DNA of 64,000 nt from an uncultured Chloroflexia bacterium (GTDB lineage: Bacteria; Chloroflexota; Anaerolineae; Anaerolineales; Villigracilaceae): contig CAVWED010000008.1 of the NCBI GenBank assembly GCA_963753985.1, positions 82,545-146,544 of the forward strand. Reading direction: 5' to 3'. The position numbers and the translations under genes are program-made. Positions 35,609 to 44,258 of the stretch are shown here, piece by piece. Under the pieces are notes generated by a model. It saw only the letters and a list, made by a program, of their open reading frames with translations. It was not told the origin of the DNA and made no database searches. Position 1 is the stretch's first letter; each line of letters begins with the position of its first letter.

Positions 35609-36223
35609 ATGAGAAAAATTATTGCATCCGAATATGTGACGCTAGACGGCGTGATGGAAGACCCGGGTGGCGGCGACAAATCTAAATATGGTGGATGGAG
35701 CCTTCAGTTCTGGAATGAACAAGCGATGAAGTTCAAGTACGATGAACTTTTTGGGTGTGATGCTCTTTTATTGGGCAGAGTAACGTATGCTGGTTTTGCA
35801 AAAGCATGGCCTACCATGAAAGACACCGGTGACTTTGGCGAGCGGATGAACACCATTCCCAAGCTCGTTGTTTCGACCACGCTCAAAAGCGCCGAGTGGA
35901 ATAATTCAACGATTATCAATGACAAAGTTGTGGCAAAAATAAAGGCGCTCAAAGAACAATCAGGAAAAGATATTTTGGTCGCGGGCAGTGCCGAGTTAGT
36001 TCACACATTGATGCAATATGATCTGGTAGATGAGTTTCGGCTGATGATCCACCCAATTCTAGTTGGCGGCGGAAAGCGCCTTTTTGGAGAAGGAATCGAT
36101 CCCAAGATTCTGAGGCCTGTAGATACCAAGCCTTTTAGTTCAGGAATCGTTGTTCTTACCTATCAACTCGATAACAAAGAAATTAAAGTAGATGAAAATT
36201 CATCTCATCGATGGCACCTATGA
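35609..36223 (+). CDS. dihydrofolate reductase-like (RibD C-terminal domain) protein, paralogue 2
   Basis: MRKIIASEYVTLDGVMEDPGG...LLLGRVTYAGFAKAWP...ILVAGSAELV...FRLMIHPILVGGGKRLF. Confidence 0.8.
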   Translation: MRKIIASEYVTLDGVMEDPGGGDKSKYGGWSLQFWNEQAMKFKYDELFGCDALLLGRVTYAGFAKAWPTMKDTGDFGERMNTIPKLVVSTTLKSAEWNNSTIINDKVVAKIKALKEQSGKDILVAGSAELVHTLMQYDLVDEFRLMIHPILVGGGKRLFGEGIDPKILRPVDTKPFSSGIVVLTYQLDNKEIKVDENSSHRWHL

Positions 36224-37073
36224 GTTGTTCCGAAACTATTTCGGCGCGCCTCCAAAGAAAGCTCCCGATGGACGCGAAGTCGGCGCAACGCTTGGATTGT
36301 TGAGAAGCCTGCTGCTCTTGCTGACGAGCCCGGAGGTCACGCATGTTGCGTGTGCTTTCGATCACGTCATCAAATCCTTTCGCAATGATCTCTTTATTGG
36401 ATACAAAACGGGCGAAGGCGTTGACCAAAATCTCTTGGCGCAGTTCCCGTTGGCAGAGGAGGTTGTTGCGGCACTTGGAGTCGTTGTCTGGCCAATGGTG
36501 GAGTTCGAGGCAGACGATGCGCTGGCAACTGCCACGGCGCACTTCAAGAAGAATAAGTCGGTGGATCAGATTGTGATTTGCTCGCCGGATAAAGATTTGG
36601 CGCAGTTGGTCTCTGGAAAACGAATCGTGTGTTGGGATCGGCGGCGCGAGATCGTGCTCGATGAGAAAGGTGTGACGAAAAAATTCGGTGTGCGACCGCC
36701 ATCCATCCCGGATTGGCTGGCGCTGGTCGGCGATTCTGCGGACGGATATCCGGGCGTTCCGGGTTGGGGAGCAAAGTCGAGTTCGGCAGTGCTGGCGCAC
36801 TTTGAGCATTTGGAATCGATCCCGAACGATGCAAGCAAATGGAAATTGAAGACGATAACTCCGGGACGCGCCGCAAGTCTGGCAGAAAGCCTGAGGGAAC
36901 ATCGCGAGGATGTCCTGCTCTATCGCAAGTTAGCTACATTGCGCGACGATGTTCCGATTAAAGAGAAGCTCAGCGACTTGAAGTGGCAAGGCGCATATGA
37001 CGAATCGAAAAAGATTTGTTACAAGCTAGGTGATGAAAGAATTCCCGAGCGTATTCCGCGCTGGCGTGGATGA
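36192..37073 (+). CDS. 5'-3' exonuclease / flap endonuclease (Pol I N-terminal domain-like)
   Basis: IHLIDGTYELFRNYF...EFEADDALATA...SPDKDLAQLV...VGDSADGYPGVPGWGAKSS. Confidence 0.85.
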   Translation: MKIHLIDGTYELFRNYFGAPPKKAPDGREVGATLGLLRSLLLLLTSPEVTHVACAFDHVIKSFRNDLFIGYKTGEGVDQNLLAQFPLAEEVVAALGVVVWPMVEFEADDALATATAHFKKNKSVDQIVICSPDKDLAQLVSGKRIVCWDRRREIVLDEKGVTKKFGVRPPSIPDWLALVGDSADGYPGVPGWGAKSSSAVLAHFEHLESIPNDASKWKLKTITPGRAASLAESLREHREDVLLYRKLATLRDDVPIKEKLSDLKWQGAYDESKKICYKLGDERIPERIPRWRG

Positions 37074-37116
37074 AAGTTTTGCTTCAAGGATAACCAATTA
37101 CTAGAAGGAGATTTCT

Positions 37117-37548
37117 ATGAACCCAAAGAAGGAAACGCAAAAGTCCAAAGGATTCACGGACGAGGAAAAAGCCGCGATGAAGGCCCGTGCCCAAGAGCTG
37201 AAGGCGGAGGCCAACAAAGCGGAAGGTGAGAGCGCCGCGCTCGAGGCAATTGCCAAGATGCAGGAGCCGGACCGCACCATAGCCAAGCGGCTTCACACTA
37301 TCATCAAGGCCGTCGGCCTCTCTGCCAAAACATGGTACGGGATGCCCGCATATGCCAACAGGGACGGCAAGATCATCTGCTACTTCCGCGACCGGCTGAA
37401 GTTCAAAGAGAGATACGCGATGTTCGGCTTCAACAACTCAGCTAAATTGGACGAAGGCTCCATGTGGCCGATTGCCTACGCTCTGCCGGAGTTGACCTCC
37501 GAGGATGAGGCAAGGATCGCCGCTCGCGTAAAGAAAGCGGTAAGCTGA
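37117..37548 (+). CDS. DUF1801 (YdhG-like) domain protein
   Basis: ...TWYGMPAYANRDGKIICYFRDRLKFKERYAMFGF... Confidence 0.65.
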   Translation: MNPKKETQKSKGFTDEEKAAMKARAQELKAEANKAEGESAALEAIAKMQEPDRTIAKRLHTIIKAVGLSAKTWYGMPAYANRDGKIICYFRDRLKFKERYAMFGFNNSAKLDEGSMWPIAYALPELTSEDEARIAARVKKAVS

Positions 37549-37559
37549 AGAGCACAGAA

Positions 37560-38101
37560 ATGTCAACCATCCGTTTTGAAACCGCACCGCTTAAAATCCG
37601 CGACTGGACCTTTCTTATGCTTCCCAAGAGCGCGAGTGCAAAGCTTCCATCGCGTGGTATGACATTGGTCGAGGGCACTATCAATGGTTTCCGTTCTAAA
37701 ATCGTGCTCGAACCGGACGGCAAGGGAAGCCACTGGTTTCGGGTCGACGCTGGCCTGCGTGAACTCGCCGGTATAGAAGCAGGCGATACGGTAAAGATGG
37801 CGGTTGAGCCTTCTAAAGAGTGGCCCGAGCCCGAAGTGCCTGTGGATTTGCATAAGGCTCTAGCGTCCGACCCGCAGGCAAACGCCCTCTGGGTGAAAAT
37901 CACCCCATGGCACGTTGGGACTGGCTCCGCTGGATACGCGCCACTAATAACCATGAAACGCGCAGCCGGCGCATCGAGGGAGCATTATCGAAGCTCAAGG
38001 ACGGAGAACGAAGGCCATGTTGCTTCAATCGTAATCTTTGCACCGAACCCGAGGTCTCGAAAAATGGAGTGCTCATCGAGCCAAAGCAAACAACGAAGTA
38101 A
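37560..38101 (+). pseudogene. DUF1905 + YdeI-like protein with a frameshift in a C-run
   Basis: DUF1905 part (GMTLVEGTINGFRSKIVLEPDGKGSHWFRV) in one frame. YdeI-like part (MARWDWLRWIRATNNHETRSRRIEGALSKLKDGERRPCCF) in the next frame from about 37905. Confidence 0.65.
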
Positions 38102-38149
38102 AGACTTACAGTAAATATTTAATGGACAGAAGAAAGCGATGAGCTGAGT

Positions 38150-38563
38150 ATGAAAGCAACTACGAACACTTCGTCAAAAGAGAAGTCGGCATCTCAACAA
38201 ATAGATGCCATCATCAAAGAACCGGGCGACTGGCGGGGTAAGAAATTATCACAGCTACGCGCTGTGATCAATAGAGCCGACCCGGCAGTGGTCGAAGAAG
38301 TGAAGTGGAAAAAACCTTCCAAACCATCTGGGGTTCCCGTGTGGTCTCATGCTGGAATCATATGTGTAGCGGATACCCTCAAGAATGCTGTGCGGCTGAC
38401 ATTTCCCAAAGGCGCTCAGGTGAAGGATCCGAAGAAGCTCTTCAATACGCGCCTGGACAGCAACACGGTTCGTGCCATCGACTTCTTCGAAGGTGAGAAA
38501 GTAGATGAGACGGCGCTGAAGGCACTCATTCTCGAAGCCGTGAGGTTGAACATTTCAAAATAG
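38150..38563 (+). CDS. DUF1801 (YdhG-like) domain protein
   Basis: DWRGKKLSQLRAVI...VVEEVKWKKP...VPVWSHAGIICVADTLKNAVRLTFPKGA. Confidence 0.65.
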   Translation: MKATTNTSSKEKSASQQIDAIIKEPGDWRGKKLSQLRAVINRADPAVVEEVKWKKPSKPSGVPVWSHAGIICVADTLKNAVRLTFPKGAQVKDPKKLFNTRLDSNTVRAIDFFEGEKVDETALKALILEAVRLNISK

Positions 38564-38613
38564 CGCAAGCCATAAAATGAATTTATAACTAAGACAATAA
38601 AGGAGAACACAGT

Positions 38614-38992
38614 ATGCAAACCATCAACAAACTTATGATGCTCGCCATTGGCGTCAGCGACATGCCGAAAGCAAAAGCCTTTTACGCGGATAAACTTGGC
38701 TTGAAAGTCACCTCGGATTACCGCCAGGACGATGACCACTGGTGGGTTTCGCTTACCCTCCCTGAAGGTGGAATCACTCTTACCCTAACAACCTTTAACG
38801 AAAATGCGAAGCCCGGCACGATGACGCTGTGGTTCGCGACTTCAGATCTTACTGCAGCCTACAAAGCATTGGGCGACAAGGGAGTCAAAGTCAGTGAAAT
38901 CGGAGACGATCTGCACGGCCCGGGGTCAGGCACAAAATGGTTTAAACTTTAAGGACCCTGACGGCAATTTGATCCACCTGGAACAGGAGTAA
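38614..38992 (+). pseudogene. VOC/glyoxalase-family protein with a terminal frameshift
   Basis: MLAIGVSDMPKAKAFYADKLGL... The expected end KDPDGNLIHLEQE* is in the +1 frame after an extra A at about 38944. Confidence 0.7.
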
Positions 38993-39448
38993 GTTTAGGC
39001 GCTCCTTTTCATAGAGAGGCCGAAAGTCCTCTTTATGGGGAAGAGGTTCATAGGCGGCAAAGAGCCGTGCAAAGAGTCGTGGATGATGTGGAGCCACCGT
39101 GGACGTACTGTGGGGCTACCGTGGAGCTTGGGCAGGCAAACAAGCCAAAACTAAACCAAAATAGAGATAGTTCCACCGCCATGATATAGGATGGATATAG
39201 GATCGTTATGGGACGGTTATAGGATCAGCGAAGGGTGAGCGGGATGGCTACCCGCACTATCTACCGAATCATTATTTTTTGTGGCGCTTCTATCGACTCC
39301 TGTGAATCGCGGCGGGCTTCGCCGCGCTCCAGGATCAAGTCTGGCGCATCGGCCTGATGAGATATTCAAGCCGCAAAGAAAACATCATGTTATTTCTCGC
39401 AGCGCTAAGAGAGTTGTTGAAAAGAAACGATTCGCGATAGCTGCAAGC

Positions 39449-40978
39449 CGACAACGGATCGGGTAGGATACAAATGTCGGTAAGAAGCGCCAACGGATCG
39501 TGCACAGGAATGGCGGCGGCAACCGCCAGAATTGGCGCGATTAATTGACGGTTACTTGATCAAGAATTTGTAGGGCCAGCGTTTGAAAATGCGACCTTTG
39601 AGGTAGATGGTCAGATAGGCGTGGGCCGTATCCAAGACTGCTTTAACGTATTGTCCTTTGAGCCGTTTGCCGATCCAGAAGGTTTGGCTGAGGAAGTAAA
39701 CGTTGCCGTGTCGGGTGACCATGCGAATAAAGGTGACTCGGCCCGCGGCGATGGGCAGCAACTCGGTTGGAACGATAAACGGTGCGGGGAGTAGCTGCAA
39801 TTTGAGTCGTCTGCGAAATTGATTGGGGGTCAGGCCGCCGAGGCGCCGATGAACATGTTGAGTGGTGACCACCTCTTGCAATCGTTGCAATTCGCGCTTC
39901 AACTGAGCAGGCCGAGAATATCGTCGTTGGAGCAAATGCACCTGAAACCAGCCGTTGAAATTCTCAACCGCCCCATTGTACTGAGGCCGGTGGGGCGGAA
40001 TGAAGATGGGTTCGATGCCAAAGCGCAAACAAAGGCGAATGACCCGCGAGAGATAGCGGGCGGCGGGTCCCCAGCCCACGAGTTCGCGTCCATTGTCGAA
40101 TTGAACTTGGGTGGGCCGACCCAGGTTCTTCCAACATTCGCCCAGGAACTGCAGAATGTGGTCCATTTTGCGGGAACGGCTCAATCGCAGGCAAACGGCA
40201 CCGTCGAAGACATCTTTGCGAAAAGACTACTCCTTTCAGTCGCAAACCAGGATGTAATAGCGTTGATGCTTGCCTTTGAGGTAGAGGGGGCCCACGGAAT
40301 CGACGTGATGGAGCTCATTCGAGGTGTGGGCAGTGGGTGCCGAGTAAGTGGTGGCAGATACCCAACGAGCTAGCCGAACGCGCGGTAAGGTGATCCCCTG
40401 CCGTTGCAGGACGCGTTCAATCGTCCGCTCGCTGGGTAAAGGCTGGATGTGCAAGGCTTGCAGTTCGGCTAGAATAGCAGAAGCCCCGATGAGGTTGTAT
40501 CGTGCCCCGGGATGCAGACGCGCCTCTAGTCGCCGACGGACGGTTAAGATAGTGCGTTCCAACTCGGGAGGCATCCGGCGAGCCACTTGGTGTGCCGCAT
40601 GGGTCATGTCGAACAACCCATCGGGGCCAAATTCCAGATAACGATTCCACCATTTGTGGAACCAGCGGCGCGAACGGTGCAAAGTACTACATAGTTGCGG
40701 AATAGATTCTCCCGCCAGCCGCAGTTCGATGGCGCGGTGGCGGTCGGAAAATTCGTCGTTCAAGGTGGTTCTGTTCTTTTGAACCATAGAAATCTCCAGT
40801 AGAATGAATCTGACGGTTGCCGTTGGAGGTCACTTTATTGCAAAACTAAGCTGAAAATATGCGAAACCCCCGTTCAATGTCAGTTCTCACCGCCATCTCC
40901 GTGCACGATCCGTTGGCGGTTTGTACGGCGTCAATGTGCATGATCAGTTGTCGCTAAACTGTGCACGATCCGTTGTCG
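39449..40978 (-). mobile_element. IS with rve-type (IS481/IS3-superfamily-like) transposase and reiterated 18-nt subterminal repeats
   Basis: GTGCACGATCCGTTG(G/T)CG-like repeat three times at the right end (40901, 40936, 40961) and twice inverted at the left end (39449, 39489). Confidence 0.65.
39552..40787 (-). pseudogene. rve-domain DDE transposase interrupted by a 24-nt stop-containing insertion
   Basis: HTH N-terminus, HHVDSVGPLYLKGKHQRYYILVC-[D*KE*SFR]-KDVFDGAVCLRLS...VQFDNGRELVG...HRPQYNGAVENFN. A single frame throughout. Confidence 0.75.
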
Positions 40979-41197
40979 GTCCGCAGATAGCATAGTAGGT
41001 AAATAATCAAATTATGAGATTGCAACCTCATTGGGGCTGATAAATTGCATAGCGATAAACGTAAGGCCTCCCATTATTCCAGTCTATTCGACCCACTGGA
41101 ATATTCAAATTCCTACATAAATCTTTCAAAGACAATTCGTTTTCCCTAGGAAAATCAGCTCCAACGATCACTGCTTTTATCGCATTATGTATTGGTA

Positions 41198-41823
41198 TCA
41201 AGAGTCGCCGCGATCCGCACTATGAACCAGCCACCTATATTCATGTTCGGATTTCCATTCCGGTGCTTTGTAGTGAAAATTCCACTCATAATGTTTTTGA
41301 AAAGTTTTTCTTATACGTTCAACAAGTTGATCATTTTGAAATTCTAAATCGAGATAAGTTGGAGTTGTTCTCACCGACGCCTCATAATTGTATCTTACAA
41401 AGCCATGAAATATTGGGTGGAGAAGCTTAGCCGCGTCAAAATATTGACGAATGTTTTCGTCCAAGTTTCTTCCATCAAACGATAAACAAACACCTGAATG
41501 ATTATTAGCATATTGTGCCCATATTCTTGAATGGCTAAATCCATATTCGTGATGGTCGCGCGTTCCTGTTCGTTGTTTTCATATGAATAAGAGTATGGAA
41601 AATTATGACATGCTGTACATAAAACCATCCATTCTTCCTTCATTATCCGATTTACCTCGTCTTCTATCATGAAAGTTTCTTCGGAAAATTGCTTTTCCCA
41701 GTCTTTAGAATATTTTACTGCCCAAGCAAGATTAAGTACTGTCCATCACTTGCTTTCCCTAGGATCATTTGTATTGCCTAACCTTCCCATAAGAATCTTT
41801 TTATCCGCCAATATATACTTCAT
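41198..41823 (-). pseudogene. DUF2971-like protein, degraded (in-frame TGA plus frameshift), in an AT-rich patch
   Basis: MKYILADKKILMGRLGNTNDPRESK*W... and ...WAQYANNHSGVCLSFDGRNL...EHEYRWLV in different frames. Confidence 0.5.
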
Positions 41824-41955
41824 CGCAGTTTCTCCGCTTGTGAAGTGACATACTTCGGATGGCGGCAAATCATCGAGTATGTCAAAAAATTCTAGATTGC
41901 ATATTTCCTCCTTTCAAACTTCAATCCGCCAAACAACCATTATTTAACTATCAAA

Positions 41956-43281
41956 CTACCCTCCAAACAAATTTCCCAAACCTCTTCCACCCGTCTTCTG
42001 CAACGTCTTCATCAACTTCTGTGCTTCGCGGAATTGCTTGACGAGTTTATTCACGTCCTGCACATCCGTGCCGGAGCCAGCCGCGATGCGCCGTCGGCGT
42101 GAGGCATTCAATACATCCGGGTTGCGCCGTTCCTTGATCGTCATCGAGCTGATGATGGCTTCCGATTGCTTCATATTTTTCTCAAGGTTTTTCGGGTCCG
42201 CCTTACGCGCGGCTTGCCCAAACTGTCCGGGTAGCATGTCCATCATCTGCGAAAACGGTCCCATCTTTTTCATCTGCCTCATCTGCTCCAAAAAATCTTC
42301 GAGCGTGAACTGTCCCTTCATCATGCGGTCGGCAGTCTTCTGCGCGGTCTGCTGATCGAAGGCGGCTTCGGCTTTTTCGATCAAGCCGATCATGTCGCCC
42401 ATTCCCAAAATGCGCGACGACAGCCGCGTCGGATCATATGTTTCGAGCGCGTCGAGTTTTTCACCCGTGCCGATAAATTTAATTGGCACACCGGTCACTG
42501 ACCGAATGGAAATCGCCGCGCCTCCGCGCGAATCACCATCCATCTTTGTAAGAATCAAACCAGTGATGGATACGTTATCTCGAAAACCTTGTGCGATGTT
42601 CAACGCTTCCTGACCGATCATCGAGTCGACCACGAGCAACGTTTCAACCAGCGCAACCTTGGAGGCAATGGACTTTAACTCGCTCATCAACTCCGCGTCC
42701 AACTGCGACCGACCAGCAGTGTCTACGATCACGACGCCGAATCCACCCTTCTCAGCCTTGTCAAATGCGCGCTTGGCAAGTTCAGGGGGTTTGAGATTCA
42801 AATCTGATTCGACCGGCACATCAATCCGCTCGCCGAGTTGTTGCAATTGCTGCACTGCTGCCGGACGATATGGATCGCCGGCGACCAACATCACACGCTC
42901 GCCTTTTGAGCGAAGCAGACGCGCCAACTTGCCCGCGGCAGTTGTCTTGCCTGAGCCTTGCAATCCAACCAGCATAATCATGCGCGGCTTCGGCCCTGAA
43001 AGATTCATCGGCGCAGGTTCGCCGAGAGTCGCAATCAATTCTTCGTTGACTATCTTGATGATTTGTTGGCCGGGATTCAGTGCCTTCGATACTTCTGCAC
43101 CGACCGCGCGTTCGCGCACGCGCGCAATGAATGTTTTGACAACGCTGAAATGAACGTCTGCTTCCAACAAAGCAAGACGCACTTCGCGCATTGCGGCGTC
43201 TACATCCGCCTCGGATAATTTTCCGCGGCGTCGAAGCTGGTCAAAGACTTGATTGAGTCGATTGGTAAGTGATTCAAACAT
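41956..43281 (-). CDS. ffh: signal recognition particle protein Ffh (SRP54)
   Basis: MFESLTNRLNQVFDQLRRRGKLSEADV...GLQGSGKTT...DTAGR... plus a Met-rich M domain. Confidence 0.95.
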   Translation of the reverse strand: MFESLTNRLNQVFDQLRRRGKLSEADVDAAMREVRLALLEADVHFSVVKTFIARVRERAVGAEVSKALNPGQQIIKIVNEELIATLGEPAPMNLSGPKPRMIMLVGLQGSGKTTAAGKLARLLRSKGERVMLVAGDPYRPAAVQQLQQLGERIDVPVESDLNLKPPELAKRAFDKAEKGGFGVVIVDTAGRSQLDAELMSELKSIASKVALVETLLVVDSMIGQEALNIAQGFRDNVSITGLILTKMDGDSRGGAAISIRSVTGVPIKFIGTGEKLDALETYDPTRLSSRILGMGDMIGLIEKAEAAFDQQTAQKTADRMMKGQFTLEDFLEQMRQMKKMGPFSQMMDMLPGQFGQAARKADPKNLEKNMKQSEAIISSMTIKERRNPDVLNASRRRRIAAGSGTDVQDVNKLVKQFREAQKLMKTLQKTGGRGLGNLFGG

Positions 43282-43388
43282 ATTAGTAGATCGGCATTGT
43301 AGTGCGGAAGCAGGCTAAGGTCAAGAGAAGAAGCGGCGCTTCGAATTCGGCTCAGCGCGATGTGAAACCGGGAGCGCTCAAAGTTCGT

Positions 43389-44258
43389 TAGAGCGTGTTA
43401 TGAACTTTCATAGGAGATGAGCCATAAGATGAACGAAGTTCTTGGCCATCATAATGGCGAAAGCCAGGTAGCTGAGGCCGGCGAGTGTTTCGGGCAAGCG
43501 TTCGTAATCGCGCGCCAAGCGGCGGAAACGAGCCATCCAACCGAAACTCCGTTCGACGACCCAGCGCCGCGGCAGGAGCACGAAACCTTTTTTGGCTTCG
43601 GGCAGCTTGACCACGAGCAACTGCAAGCCCTGATCTTGAGCCGCTTGGGCCGGCTCATCGCCGGTAGAACCTTGATCGACAAAGGCGACCTCCACCGAAT
43701 TTCCGGTAACCTCTTGCACCTGTCGTGCCAATTCTCCGACCTGCGCTCGGTCCTGCTCGTTGGCCGGGGTGATGTGCAAAGCCAGCAAATGACCCAAGGT
43801 GTCCACCGCCACATGGGTTTTGCTCCCTTTTTTGCGCTTGGCACCATCGGATCCAGCGCGCGAACCGCTTTCCACGGTCGATTGCAATGTTCGGCTGTCA
43901 AAAATCGCCGCACTCGGGGTTTCCTTTCTTCCTTTGGCCAATCGCAGCAGGGCTCGCAGATCATTCACCATGGCTTCAAACACGCCAGCCCGGATCCAGC
44001 GCTGCGATTGTTGATAGACCGTATACCAAGGTGGCAGGTCGGTGGGCAAAAAACGCCATGGCGCTCCCGCACGCACCATCCAACGCAAGCCGTTGAAGGC
44101 CTCCCGCAGACTGTACTATCGTTGTGGCGCTTCTTCTTTCATCAAGGTCAGGTAAGGGCTATGAAGGCCCATTCGTCATCCGTCACATCACTTGGATATC
44201 TTTGCTTTTCCATGCCCGGAGTCTATCATCCCCTAGCCAAAGTGCATAACACGCTCTA
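43389..44258 (-). mobile_element. IS5-family IS inserted near the end of the ISKra4 element
   Basis: Inverted repeats TAGAGCGTGTTATGAACTT (43389-43407) and AAGTGCATAACACGCTCTA (44240-44258), 18/19 matching. Confidence 0.75.
43408..44213 (-). pseudogene. IS5-family DDE transposase (frameshift in a C-run plus in-frame TAG)
   Basis: MEKQRYPSDVTDDEWAFIA(P)YLTLMKEEAPQR*YSLREAFNGLRWMVRAGAPWRFLP...DQGSTG...VVERSFGW. TAG at 44116-44118. Confidence 0.75.

Noticed and set aside
36183-36902. 239-aa minus-strand ORF overlapping the 5'-3' exonuclease gene
   Set aside because: The plus-strand frame has unmistakable FEN/5'-3' exonuclease motifs. The antisense frame is Arg/Cys-rich noise.
39000-39448. Short direct repeats (ATAGGAT x3, CCGTGGA x2) and a hairpin after the VOC gene as a possible ncRNA or array
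   Set aside because: The repeats are very short, irregularly spaced and show no consistent structure. They are most likely degraded filler next to the IS end. The 39281-39466 ORF has no support.
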